Positions 27,103 to 39,958 of a stretch of DNA of 64,000 nucleotides are shown piece by piece (positions within the stretch are counted from its first letter, which is position 1; each line of letters starts with the position of its first letter). A program made the position numbers and the translations under genes. This stretch comes from Callorhinchus milii (Eukaryota), in contig NW_024704742.1 in the NCBI RefSeq assembly GCF_018977255.1, positions 98,582,001 to 98,646,000 of the forward strand. Reading direction: 5' to 3'. The notes beneath the pieces are model-generated. The model did not search any database, had not been told where the DNA came from, and saw nothing but the letters and a program-made list of their open reading frames with translations.

Positions 27103-27399
27103 ATTCTGTATATGATTGGGCTATAGTACAGTAAACAGTACATTGTTAGTTGCAGCATAGGGATCATTGAATGCCGGTGCTGGGAAATAAAATCAGTCAT
27201 TCATTTCATGGCTGTTTGTAGGATATTGCTGTTCACAAAATTTGCTGTCACGTTCGCCTACGAATTTACAGTGACTACAATCACATAAAATCTTGTGAAG
27301 CGCTTTGAGACATCTCTACGACGTGATACTGTGCTGTATCAAATGTAAGGATTATTATTATTATTACTGTCCTGTGTTTTGATTTAAACAGAGATATCT

Positions 27400-27770
27400 T
27401 TGGGGCAGAGTTAGCATCAAGTTCTAAGTCATTGCTGATGATAGACCAGGCAGCCTGCCTCATCAGCAAGACTTAGAGGGGATACCAGTCACTGAGAGCA
27501 GAGAGTTTCTCTTTCTCTACGTTCTTGTTAATCCTGTAAGCCAAAGCCCTAACAGGAAGCTTGCCAGACAGTGTTCATAATGACAATCTAAGTGGTATGG
27601 GCTTTTAACTCCAGGAATACTCCAGAATGCACTCTGTGGAGTCCCCAAATCTTGACTCTTGCAAGCTGCACCTAATATTTTGTGGGATCAGGTAAACAGT
27701 GCTTACCTTTGCGCAGAGTATGCACTCTATTTCAGATAAAGGAACATTTCCATGCATATGTGGAACTTGC
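27400..27770 (+). mobile_element. Repeat family C internal fragment
   Basis: ACCAGTCACTG...CCAAAGCCCT...GCTTGCCAGACAGTG...TAACTCCAG similarity to the other copies. Confidence 0.65.
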
Positions 27771-28594
27771 AGTTTCTTTGCAGTAAGGAAAAATTAACAA
27801 TTTAAATCAAAGATGTCAAAGAAAATCTCTGCCTGAATGTAATGCAACTTTCTTTGTTGCCACTTCTACCATATTTTCCTCCTGTCTGGGCACATTTTGT
27901 TTATTGTACAGTTATGTCCCTGTTAACTGCATATTGTGAGTCCATTTAGTGCTTCACACTATCTTTTGCTAATTTGTTACCTAAATATTATTAACTGGAG
28001 CCAGCACACAGTTGATTAAGTGAAGGATACTGACTTATCCTCTGTTCAGTAATCAAAATACATTTACTGCCCAATTTTGTTCTTAATTGCTTTAACTATT
28101 GACACGAGGAAAATTTCCCTGTTGGTTACCAGAGAATAAATCACTCTTAATGAGATGATTTATGTATAAACCTGGATGGAAAAAATTTCTAAATCAGATG
28201 CTTGCTCAGGATTAGTGAGCGTTTGCCAACAAATTCATTTTCTAATCAATTACAAGTAAGTGCAACTTCCTTTTCTATTCAGTGAACTGTTTTTGTTGAC
28301 AAATTAATGACTTGCTTTTAACAGCTTGTTGTACACAACCACTTTGCGCAAAAGACAGAAAATAATGGCTTGAAAGCATAGCTTTAATGACCCAGAGGCC
28401 AGACTGTTGTCAACTGAGCCAGGCTGCCACCCATAATCTATGATGTGGGTTATTTTCCACTTGTTAGCAAATTTGCCCAAATTGACAGTTTACGTAAAAG
28501 AAATGTTCCATCATAAATGTTGACTGCCAAGTTCAGTAAATGTATTGGCTAGCAAAGAATAATGCTTCTATTTCTACATGTTTTATATTTAATA

Positions 28595-29170
28595 CTAGCT
28601 GTACCCATTGCAGCTTCACTTTCAACCAAATGATCCAATATGGAATGTAGAGTGACACACAGACAGACATTTTATCTTTATTTATACTAATCTGGGAGGA
28701 CTCCTATGGGAGGACTCTTTGTGGAAGGATTCAGTGGGAGGACTCGGTGCTTTGAGAATGAAATTTTGTTGTTGTTGCCATGATTTAGCTTTGTCTGTGT
28801 TCTTTATTTTGTTCCCGCTGCTTGGCTATGTACATGCTCTGTGACGCAGGATGCCACAGTGCCACGGTCACCAGGTGTAACTGCAGTGTGTGTGTATATA
28901 CGTAGTTGCTCTGTGATGCATGATGCCATAGCACCTCTTTGACTCGGCGGCCACCAGGTGTAACTGCAGCGAAAAACGCAAAACTGAAAATAACTCATGA
29001 ACGATAGGAGATACCCATGTCACTCTCATGTCGCAAATATGCCCATGTCACTCCCAGTTGCAAGAGCTTTCCGATGAGGTATAAATCATGCCTCTACATC
29101 AATCGGTTATTTTGATCATTCTTGAAGCACAGAGAGACATTGTTGTTTTATTAGTATAGAAGAAGATAGA
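28595..29170 (-). mobile_element. Possible non-autonomous Helitron-like element
   Basis: On minus: starts A|TC...CTATACTAATAAAAC, ends GGGTACAGCTAG|T; internal short tandem repeats and ACAG microsatellite. Confidence 0.4.
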
Positions 29171-29328
29171 TATATCTAAACTGATACTTGCATTTCATAC
29201 ATAGCTTTTTAAGTTGGAAAGTCTCAAACCATTTCACACAATGAATTACTTTTGAAACATAGTGACTGTTATGTTGCAAACAATGACATTTATTTGCTTC
29301 AACCACGTCCCATGAAGAGTGGCACGAT

Positions 29329-30107
29329 TAATAATAATAATCCTTGCACTGGTATAACAGCTTTCACGTTGAGAAGACGTCTTAAAGTACCTCACATGAT
29401 TTACTGTGAACTGCAGAGACTGTATGTCTAGGTGAATGTGGCAGCCTAACTGCACACAGCAGTGTCACCACAAACAAGAAATGAATGACCAATTTTGTTT
29501 GGGGGATTGTTGGACAAAACACTGAAAATACTTTCTCTTTTTGAGTAATCTCATGGGATCTCTTTAAAGTCCACCTAATCAGGCAGACAGAACCTTGGTT
29601 TAACATTTCATCTGATGGATATCATCTCCAACAATGCAACACTTCTCCAGCACTGCATTGGAGCGTCAGCCTAGATTATGTGAATTCAGGTCACAATCCT
29701 CACACTCGTGTTCAAATCCATTCACTCCCTGGCACCTCTCTACCTCTGTGACCTCCTCACTCCCCAATCCACCACCCGGCACCTCTGCTCAACTGGCACC
29801 GGCCTCCTGCTCATCCCTCGCACCCTGCGCTCCACCATCGGAGGTCTTGATTTCAGCCACTACGCTCCAAGACTCTGGAACACTCTCCCTCAATCCCTCC
29901 GCTTTGCCACCTCTCTCCCTTCTTTCAAATTCCGCCTGAAAACTTTCCTGTTCGACCGTGCTTATGGCGACCTCCCCCTCCCCCCAGCTCGGAGTCAGGC
30001 TTCACCACTGTTAAGCGCTCTGAGACACAAGTGCAAGTTGTTGTAGGGTGGATCCTACAATCTTCTGACTCGGAGACAAGAGAGCTACTAACTGAGGTAG
30101 GCTGATA
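29329..30107 (-). mobile_element. SINE family B interrupted by a plus-strand L2 3' fragment (about 29706-30045)
   Basis: SINE tail and core at 29329-29695 and head at 30050-30107 flank L2 sequence (FKSIHSLAPLYLCDLL...APRLWNTLP...FKFRLKTFLF) with a (GTT) tail. Confidence 0.8.
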
Positions 30108-31090
30108 CACAATGGCTAATTTGGATTTCTGCAACTTCTTAAAAGAACTTATAGCAAAATAGCTTCAGAATTCTGGTCACTCTTAAATGCTACACAAATT
30201 GAGTATAAATAATAATCTTTATATTTGATGTAGCACTTTTCACATGAGGAGGACGTCTCAAAGTGCTTCAGGATATAGCAGAACTGAAACCCAGGTGGAA
30301 TTGTTGTTGTTGAGCCAGTATAAAAAGGGTTTTATATATATATATATATACGTACTGTATATTTATTATCCAAATACTATAATCTCACATATAGTACTGT
30401 GTGCATCCTGTTAAGACTTCCACTGGTCCTCTCTTTAAATCTGTACATTGTTACAAAGCATAACCTATAAATACTTGACAAAAAGGAGAACAGGCAATTT
30501 TATGATATTGATCACTCCAGATGACATTATAAAGTAATTAAGAGTGAAGTCGTTTAGTTCACTCGGTGGCCCGAAGGCCCAGGGCCATTTTTCACTTTTG
30601 AGGAGCTACATACTGTTACGGGTTACAAGTGAAATAAGTATCTGTCAATCTTAGAGTGGTCTTTTGAGGATACAGCTCCATGGTACAAATAAGCTGAAAT
30701 ACAGCAGTCTCTCAGCACAACCTGAATATGAGATTTTAAACTTTCACTAAAAGAACCTCTGCTGAATTCTGGGGTGGAAAAAAATAATCGCAGGAGAGAT
30801 TTAAAGGCACAATCTTGTTGAATTATCAGGCTAGAAGAAAATAAACAAATTCCAAACTCAAAAAAAAGGATTTATATTAATACTAATAATCCTAACGTTT
30901 GCTATCGTGCCTTTCATGTCAGTAGGACATCTCAAAGTGCTTCACAGGATATACTGTAAGTGTTTTGTGGTCAATTTGTGCATAGCAATGTCCTGCAAAC
31001 AGCCAAGAAGTGAACAAACAATTTTATTTTTGGAGATTGTTGGTCAGGAAACTCTTTTTGAATAGTGCTTTGGGATCTTTAACATCCATC

Positions 31091-32085
31091 TCTTGGTGAC
31101 ATCATCCACAGACATGAGGTCAACTTCCACATGTATGCAGATGACACCCAACTCTATCTCTCTGCCTCCACCCTAGACTCCAGGACAACTGATGTCCTGA
31201 CAAACTGTTTATCAGACATCAAGTCCTAGATGAGAGCCAACTTTCTAAATTTGAACATCAGCAAGACCAAGGCCCTCCTGATTGGCTCACACCAGCCCCT
31301 CCACACCCACGGACGCGCACCCCACCTCACTGAGCTAGTCAGGAACCTAGGCATCTTGTTCGACCCTCAACTGCCCTTTCTCCCCCACATCTGTGCCATG
31401 ACCTGCTCAGCCTTCACCCACCTCCGCAATATTGCCTGAATCCGCCACTGCCTCACCCCTCAGACTGTTGAAACCCTCACACATGCCTTCATTACATCTA
31501 GGCTCGATAAAGCCAGCTCCCTGCTTGTCGACCTTCCAAATGCTTCCCTCCACAAGCTAAGGAGCATCCAGAACTCTGCAACTCGTGTCCTCTCCAGCAC
31601 AAGGCTCCGTGACCCCTATCACTCCCACCCTCGCCTGACTCCACTGGCTCCCCATCCCTCAGAGGATCGAGTTCAAAATCCTCATCCTCAACTTCAGGGC
31701 GCTCCATGTCCTTGCAGCCTCCTACCTCTCCGACCTGCTAACCCCTTATTAACCTGTCCGCTCCCTCGGCTTAGCAGGCTCCAGCCTTCTCCATGTCCCC
31801 CGCCCGGCCCGCTCCACTATCAGTGGTCAGGCCTTCAGCCTCTCTCCCCCCACCCTCTGGAACTCCATCCCTTCACCTCGCTCCCTCCCTTGCCTCCTTC
31901 AAGGCATGCCTCAAGATCCTCCTCTTTGACCATGCCTTCAGCCACCATCCTACCCTCCTTTGCCCTCCACCCTCCCTGATCACCAATTCCCCCAGTTTGG
32001 GTACTAATGACCCTGACTATTCAGCGGCCTGGGACGTCCTCCCGACATAAAAAGCGCTTTACAAATGTAATTTTGTATTGTATTG
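31091..32085 (+). mobile_element. L2 LINE 3' ~1 kb, inserted in a minus-strand family B SINE (30880-31090 and 32086-32195)
   Basis: HMYADDTQLY, WMRANFL.LN.SKT, VRNLGILFD motifs (decayed); 3' stem-loop and tail. Confidence 0.9.
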
Positions 32086-34399
32086 TATCTGAACAAGCAG
32101 ACAGGACCTTATTTTTTAATGTCTCATCAAGGGTAAGGTTTTCAATAATGCAGCACATTCCAGCACTGCAATGGAGCATCAGCTTAGACTACATTTGCCC
32201 AAAATGTTTTGTCTCAGCTTGACCTATCCCTCACTTTATGTATCATCTAGATTCCCTCATCTGCCACATGATTACGATTGTGGTGGCTCTAGGGTTGGTT
32301 TTGTTTTCCCTGTGGCTTGAAGAAGGACACAAAAGAATGCACCAAGTATTGAATTCGAAACCAAATTAAAATTCAGTCATTGGAAGATGAGACATTCTAC
32401 TTTCACGATGGGGACACATTCATCCAAATATGCTCAAACTTCTTAACACTGATGGACTCACTCCAAGAGAAAAGTTTCACCTGCCTCTTTTCCTATTTAC
32501 CTTCTACACTGTTTCACCGCCTATTTTCCCACTATCCTATTTCCATATAATAATAATCCTTGCATTTGGTACAGCACCTTTCATATCAAGAGCACATCTC
32601 AAATTGCTTTCACAGGAATTAAAGTCTCTCTGGCTTTTCTCCCCATCAGAAATATCTTTTCTTCGAAAAGATGTCAATATCTAGGTTGTTGTAGTTGTGC
32701 TTCATCTTACTCTGCAATGCCATTGGCAAGAGTTTATTATAGGCAGAATTTAATCTGTCACTGTTTGCAAATCTTTTTTTATTTTCCTGTGCGATAATAT
32801 TGATTTCAAACAAGATCAAAATAACTTGGGGAAAACAAAGAATTTAAAATGCAAACAATGCATATTTCCATTTGCATTGTGCAGCATACATCTTGCTCTG
32901 GGTAAGCATGATTAAAACATACAGTACAGAAATCCTTTTAAAGCCCATCATTAACCAATCAGAAAATATTACCTTACATTCCCATCTATGTTGTGAACCA
33001 CCACTACTCTAACTTTAATATCTTAGTTCAGAATTTTAGAACGGTAAAACACATTTCATGTAGAGAAAATGTTTGCGTCTTCTTTTAGCACAAAGCTTTA
33101 TATATTTCATTGTAACATTTATGCCACTTTATACATTTTCAATGCTGACAATACAGAATGCACACCATCAAATAGTTTATGTTTTATGTGATCATTGAGT
33201 CCAGACAACTGTTAGATTTAGCCTGGTATTTGCTATAGTAACTGCTATCTGTTTTCAGCATAATGTGATCCTGATTCAGACTCATTTCCAAACTAGGTAG
33301 AAATATTGATCAATTCACAAAGATTATCTTACCTGAAATAACTGCTATTTTTCAAATCCATCCAAAAGCCCCAATAGACTGAAGTTAGAGCTCTCCCAAT
33401 AGGTCAGTTGGCAATCCCACTACATCAACAATTTACATAACGCCTTTCAAATCCAGAGGAATTCTCAAAGTGTTTCGCACAGATGATCTGGAGTCTGAGC
33501 CCAGAGGATTGCTGAGAATGGGGGAAAGGTGTCCAAATGTGGATCAAAGAGACAGGTTTTAAGGCAGCAAGGAGGAACAAGACAGAGATTGGGGGGAAAA
33601 TGGCTGAAAGCTTATCCATTGATAATGTGAGTTGTTCAGGCAGAGGACATAGGTATGCTAGTTAGCATGTCAAAGCATGTCAAAGTAAACCTAAAGGTCG
33701 CTGCTTAGGAGTCTCTACGGAACCTGTAACAATGCTTCATTCCCTCAACACTGCACTGGAACAGCAGCCCAGACTATGAGCCCTAAGTCCCGACTCTCAG
33801 TGTATGCATATCTGTAACTGTTTAGAAAATGCAGCACAGGTACTATTAATTGGATCCTTAATAATGCCCTTAATTGTTCTGGACAAACCAGTGGAAACTG
33901 TTAGCATAATTTTAAACCTATGTTGGAAAATCGAAGAGGGCATTCACATATAAAAGTACTTACTCAGGAACAATTTGAAACTTAACATTTGCTGGTACTT
34001 GCTGCATCAGATTTAAATATAAGTGCATGTGATTCCATGTATAAGTCATTAAATAGTGAGAAACTACTTTCCTATATTGAGAGAGGAAAGCTTTACATTT
34101 TAGAGCTTTATGTTATTATTTTATATCAACAGGATAATCATTTACAGCTACATTTTCTCCAGAGACTGCTTCAGCAAATATCAGACCGTTTTAGAATAAC
34201 AACTCTTATTAAATAAAAATTGCGGAACATGCTATTTTGATGCACACAAATTGTTGGATCTTGTTGGTGAATGAATTGAAGAAAATGAACTCTCATTCAG
34301 TCAACTAAAGTTGAGGCTGTGCTTCTTTCACCTATATCAGAACAGATGTGGTTCTGGATGGTAGTTATGTATCTTTCTTCCTTACATCTCAAATTAACT

Positions 34400-35935
34400 G
34401 TGGGAAACTATATGATTGGTGACCCAGACATCCAAAAGGCATTTGACAAAATAACACATGAAAGACTCCCATACATGAACTAATGTGACTGATATCAAAG
34501 GCAAGATATGGACATGGATTAGAAATTGACTGAACAACAAGAAGAATAAGATTACATTTGTAGCGTCTTTCACGTTGGGAGGACGTCCCAAGGCGCTGGA
34601 CAGTGTACAGCATTTCAGACCCGAGCTGGGGTCAGGGAGGGAGAAGAGGGGTGACCGATGGCATAGTTGAAGAGGAGGGTCTTGAGGCAGGACTTGAAAG
34701 AGGCTAAGGAGGGGGTGAGGCAAAGTGATTGGGGGATGGAATTCCAGAAGTTGGGGGCAGAGTGGCTGAAGGCTCTCCCGCCAATGGTGGGGCGGATGGG
34801 TTGGGGGATGTGGAGCAGGCCGGAGCCGGCTGAGCGGAGGGAGTGGGCGGGTTGGTAAGGGGTTAGAAGGTCATTGAGGTAGGGTGGGGCGAGGCCATGG
34901 AGGGCTTTGTATGTGATGACCAGGATCTTGAACTGGATCCTCTGAAGGATAGGGAGCCAGTGGAGTTGGGTGAGAGTGGGGGAAATGGGATCACGAGTTT
35001 GGTGCGGGAGAGGACATGGGCTGCAGAATTCTGGATTATCTGCAGCCTGTGGAGGGAGGAGTTGGGAAGGATGCCAAGCAGGACGTTTGCATAGTCGAGC
35101 CTGGAGGTGATGAAGGCATGAACAAGAGTTTCATTGACCTGTGGGGTGAGGTAGTGGTGGAGTCGGGCGATGTTGCGGAGGTGAGGGAAGGCAGAGCGGG
35201 TCATGGCTTGGCTGTGGGGAAGAAAAGACAGTTGAGGGTCGAACAAGACACCAAGGTTCCTGACTGGTTTGGTGAATGCAGTGTGCAACCATGGAGGTTG
35301 ATGCTGCCAGAGCCTGAGGTGCTGAGGCGCTGGCGCGAGCCATTCAGGAGGGCCTCAGTCTTGTTCACATTCAACTGTAGGAAATTTGCCCTCATCCAGG
35401 ACTTGATGTCCGACCGGCAGTCTGTCAGGACAGCAGTGATCCTGGAGTTGAGGGTGGAGGCAGAAAGATAGAGTTGGGTGTCATCCACATAAATGTGGAA
35501 GTTGACTCCATGTCTGCGGATGATGTCACCAAGGGGGAGCATGTAGATATTAAAGAGGAGAGGGCCAAGGACAGAGCCCTGGGGGATGCCAGATGTGACA
35601 CTGTGGGGGCTGGAGGAGAAACCGTTAGAGCCAACAAAGTGGAAACTGTGAGAGACTGAAGGACAGGAAGCAAGAGGATTATTTGTGGAGCTAGGTCAAA
35701 ATTGGGGGAGATATTATGCAGGGTGTTTTGTGGGTCTGTGCTAGGTCCCCCCTTGTATAAACGAATGACCTGGATTTGTAGATCCAGTGTAAAATAGTCA
35801 AGTTTGCAAAAGACACCAAGCTGAGGGAAATTTGGGATCAGAGGCAGTAAATGTCTCACAAAGAAAGCTTGATATGGTATGTGAATAGGCTATTGTCTGA
35901 CAAATGAAGTTCAATAATGAAAGGTACTGTATATA
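34400..35935 (+). mobile_element. Decayed CR1 RT fragment split by the L2 insertion
   Basis: QKAFDK..H.RL...IKGKIWTWIRN left of the L2; LKDRKQ, GSVLGP, NDLD, KFAKDTKL to the right. Confidence 0.75.
34535..35653 (-). mobile_element. L2 LINE 3' ~1.1 kb with 7-bp target-site duplication GACTGAA
   Basis: [46 protein letters not shown] at 34528-34534 and 35654-35660. Confidence 0.95.
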
Positions 35936-36199
35936 ACAAACAAACACTGGACTTGTTTAAAAAAGTAGTTTGATGCTGTGATGGGAGGACAGTAGGGTGG
36001 ACATTCAAAATAGCTTAACTGCTGAGGGCTAAAGCCCAGAAGGGAGGTCAGATCATTAGAGGAACAGAGAGAATAGAACGAGAGAGAGAGTGAATGATTG
36101 TTTGTTGGTGGTTGGTTTGACACATGTCAACACGGTAATAAGCCTCTATATCAAATGCAACGATTATTACTATCATTATTATTATTCCTCCAACTGGTA

Positions 36200-36970
36200 G
36201 AGCCATCACTCAATGGGAAGGGATGTGTGTCCAAACTGTGGGCAGGAAGATGGTGGTAATGTTCTTATGCATTTCATGCTGAGCTGTGTGGCCTACCAGG
36301 AAGCTCGCAGTTCCTGGTACTTACCATTCACGTAATGAGGGCTCCATCCCCACTTGTCGGATGTCAAATGAGCAACTACAGACTTTTCTCCTTGGGAGAA
36401 GGTAAGTAGAGGCTCCTTAGCGCTGAACTGGCTCCAAGGTGACATGTTTGTCTTAATGACAAAATCGAGCCAACACTCTGTGGCGGTCTTGTATGTTCCA
36501 GTTCCTGAACCAGACGGGTCCGCAATACTCCGCAACACTGCTGATGACAGCACAGACAGCCGGGATTATCGACAGGGCTTGGACCAGTCAGACTAGGGGG
36601 CAGAGAATTATCCCACTCAGCTCAAGCTAACATTGCAATCCAAAGCCCTAATGGGTAGGGTGGTCATAACTGGACAAGCAGCAGGAGAACTTGCTGGACA
36701 GCGATATCAATAGCACGTTAAACTCCAGTAGTACCACAACGCACTCTAGGGTGCCCAAACCTCGACTCTTTCCAACCTGTGCCTAATATTCTGCAGAATT
36801 AGGTAAACAAGATGTGTACCTATAGGGAGAATGTCTGCATTCCATTCCAATAAATATCTCTGGAATTTCCAAATATAGATGGGATGAATGGAGCTCTGTT
36901 TGGTTTGGATATTCTTAAGGATGGTGATGGGTTTCCAAATATGTCAGCAATCTGGCTGACCAAAAGAAAA
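36200..36970 (+). mobile_element. 3' end of a CCHC-knuckle non-LTR retrotransposon (longest copy of repeat family C)
   Basis: CPNCGQEDGGNVLMHFMLSCVAYQEAR from 36228; shares its 3' end (GGTTTGGATA.TCTTAAG.ATGGTGATGGGTTTCC...GCTGACC + A-rich tail) with six other copies. Confidence 0.7.
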
Positions 36971-39347
36971 TTATTATTAATAACATCCTTAACATAAGAT
37001 AAGACCTCAGAGTGCTTCAGAGGACAATGTAGAAAGCCAAGAGAGGAAGAAAGGGGAAAAGGGGGAGGTTACTGTGAGTGCAATTTGAATAAATAAACCT
37101 GGTGATGATGGTTAGGGAAGGGAGGTCTTGTCTTTTTTTAATGAAAGGACATAATATTCTTGTACTTTTAAATTTGTTTTATAAAATCTCTTTCCTTATA
37201 TTTTATCTGAACCATGAGATAAATTTGCATCCTCGGGATCAGGCTGAATCAGTCAGTTACCATGATCAAATAGCATTTCCCGGTATGTAAACGAAATGTG
37301 GAGTCATTCACTTTAATTACGCAGTTCCAGCAGTTTCAAAGTGATATTTCTGTAAATCACTGAGATCTACTGGTAAAATGCAATCTGAATGTCTCTTCAA
37401 AATGATTAAAAGAGGAGAAAGACATCACAAGGAAAATATTTACTGATAGTTTGGCAAATGCACTGAAGATCCACTACACCAATCATTAAACCCTTGAAGG
37501 CCTATGCTTCATTTAGTCTTAGCCTATAAAACCATTTTGCTTCAAATTTAAGATGGCACAAAATTGCAGAAAATTCAGTATTACTTTAGCAGTCCGTTTT
37601 TCAGTTCTTAAAAAGCTTATCTTCCAATTTAACATTGGTAACAATTCTAAGCCAATTATAAGGAAAAATGGTCTTACTAGCTAAAATGCAGTGGAAAATT
37701 GTATTAGGAAAGCCGAGTGCCCTGGTTGTGGTCTCCATTGTGTTTTCCAAGGAATAGGGGGTTAGGGGCCATTGGTGGAACATTCTGCACACTAGACCAT
37801 ACCTCAGGCGAGGATCTTTAAGGTTAGATGGTTCTTTGTGAAGCTCACTAATCCTGGCCATAATGGGACAATCTGACAATGGTCAGATTGTAAAGTCATC
37901 ACACCACAACCATCGTTGCCAAAATGTAGATTTAAAAATTGTTAGGAATAAGAAATGAATGAAAGCTGAAAAATGTACCCACCCTGCACTCTGCCACTTC
38001 AACACAATGAAACTGGCTCAGACCATCTTTGTTGCAGCTTCACACAAAGAAACCTTTCAGTACGAAAAACCAGCCGTACTCTGAGAATGCCGTATGGGAG
38101 GGGGAATGAGAAACTGAAAACCTATGATCATGATCGGCGGCATTTTTCACCAGTGATAATTAGCACATCGCAAACCACACTTTTTATTCCTACGTATTGC
38201 ACTGGAATCCATTTGTGTCTTAAAAAAGTAAACCAACAGTTTAATTTTCAGATATGCATTGACCGAGAATAATAAATTGTAGCAGATGTTCTGTTAATGT
38301 GCCTGAAAATGTATCAGGTGATTCTAAACTCTTTACACAGCTCTTCAGATTCTAATCAGATGTGACCGCTCGGGATCCAGAATGAAAGCAGCATCTTAAT
38401 GCTATTCATGATTTTAAAAAACAGCTATTTTTAGTTAGGAAAACAAAAATTTGAATTCAGCAGATCAGAAACAATCATTTGTGTAATTTGTGAGGAACAA
38501 AAATAAAATGGTGGCTGCTGAAAATACGTATTGAAAATCTGAATTGGTGGTAATTGGTGGCAGGTCCATAAGCAGCTCACAGAGCAAGTTAGTTTCGAAC
38601 TTCGGGTAGGAATTTTGTGCAGTGAGTTCAGGCAACTTCATGTCCCAGGTCCTTGTGGGTGTGAGCCTAGGCTTCAATTCAGAATTCAATTTGGAGTGGA
38701 ATTGAGATTAAATTGAGTGTCACTCAGAGAGGTTATGAGGATGATTGGTGTAGAGAATGGACTTTTTACAGCACACTGCATGTTCTTTAGTGGTAAATCT
38801 TTTGGCAATGTTCACCTAGGTAACTAATTCATGCATTACCTGAAAGTGTGTGATGTAAAATAAAGAGAAATAATTAAATAGAAGTATTACCAAAGGCACT
38901 GTAATACATTTAAAGTCACTCTAAAATATTGGAATGGCAACAGTCTAACATTCGCTGTATATCTTTCAAGTACATTCTTAGAATCATACAAAGTTCAGTC
39001 TGTCTTGTGTGTGTCATTTGGGCTCCCCAACTGGAACTGTTTGTGAGTCTTTGATGGCAGCCTATGTTTGTCTACAAAAAAGTCATTACATTTGATAGCA
39101 ATTACTTGGGAAGTGTTTTGGGATGTTTAAACATATAAATGGTTGAGTTCCCGGTTGTCTGGACTATTATGGGGTTCCCCTTTCCGTGTAACACAAGTGA
39201 AACAACAACTAGGTTTTCACAGGCTCCAGTCATAGAGGGTAACCTGTGAGTAGGCAGCGTGTGAACATTTGCTGTTTTTTTAAAAATATATTTCACAAGG
39301 ATATTGTTATATAATGTTCCAGTCTAAAAATGCAAGTGCCCAAAACC

Positions 39348-39958
39348 CTTTTTTTGTCACATGTGGAAACCCATCACCATGCTTAAGAGTATCCAAACCA
39401 AGCTGAGATTTTTCCACGCATCCCACCTACACATGGAAATCCCAGAGATAGATTATTGGAATGGAATGCGCACTCTCTCCCTGGAGGGACGCATTCTGCT
39501 TACCTAATTCTGGAAAATATTAGGCTCAAGTTGGCAAGAGCCAAGGCTTGGGGATCTCAGAATGTGAGTTGCGGTACTGTTGGAGTCTAACCAGCTAAAA
39601 CTGCATAGCTTGCCAATGATATCACTGTTCAGCAGGTTTTCCCGCTGCTTGTCCAGCTAGGACCACCTTTCCTGTCAGGGCTTTGGCTTGCAGAGAGTTA
39701 ACAGGAGCTGAGTGGAATGACTCCCTGCCCCCAGTGACTGGTCTGCCCTTCCAGGTCCTGCCGATGAGCCAGGTTGGCTGTGCTGTCATCAACAGAGCCC
39801 TGAAATACTGCGGATCCACCTGGGTCAGGAACTGGACTACCGAGACCACCATAGAGGGCTGACTCGATTCCGACATTCCGTTGCCAAATATGTTATCTTG
39901 GAGCCAGTTCATCTCCAAGGAGACCCCGCTTACCTCCCCCCCCAAGGAGGATGGTGCC
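39348..39958 (-). mobile_element. Repeat family C copy (LINE 3' end)
   Basis: Poly-T at the left end; minus-strand ORF 39622-39960 (GVSLEMNWLQDNIFGNGM...VVQFL) aligns with decayed frames in the other copies. Confidence 0.8.

Noticed and set aside
28693..28745. Short spaced repeats GGAGGACTC superficially like a CRISPR array
   Set aside because: Units and spacers far too short, eukaryotic context, no cas genes
35016..35471. 151-aa plus-strand ORF and other long ORFs in L2 regions
   Set aside because: Antisense or off-frame readings of GC-rich L2 sequence
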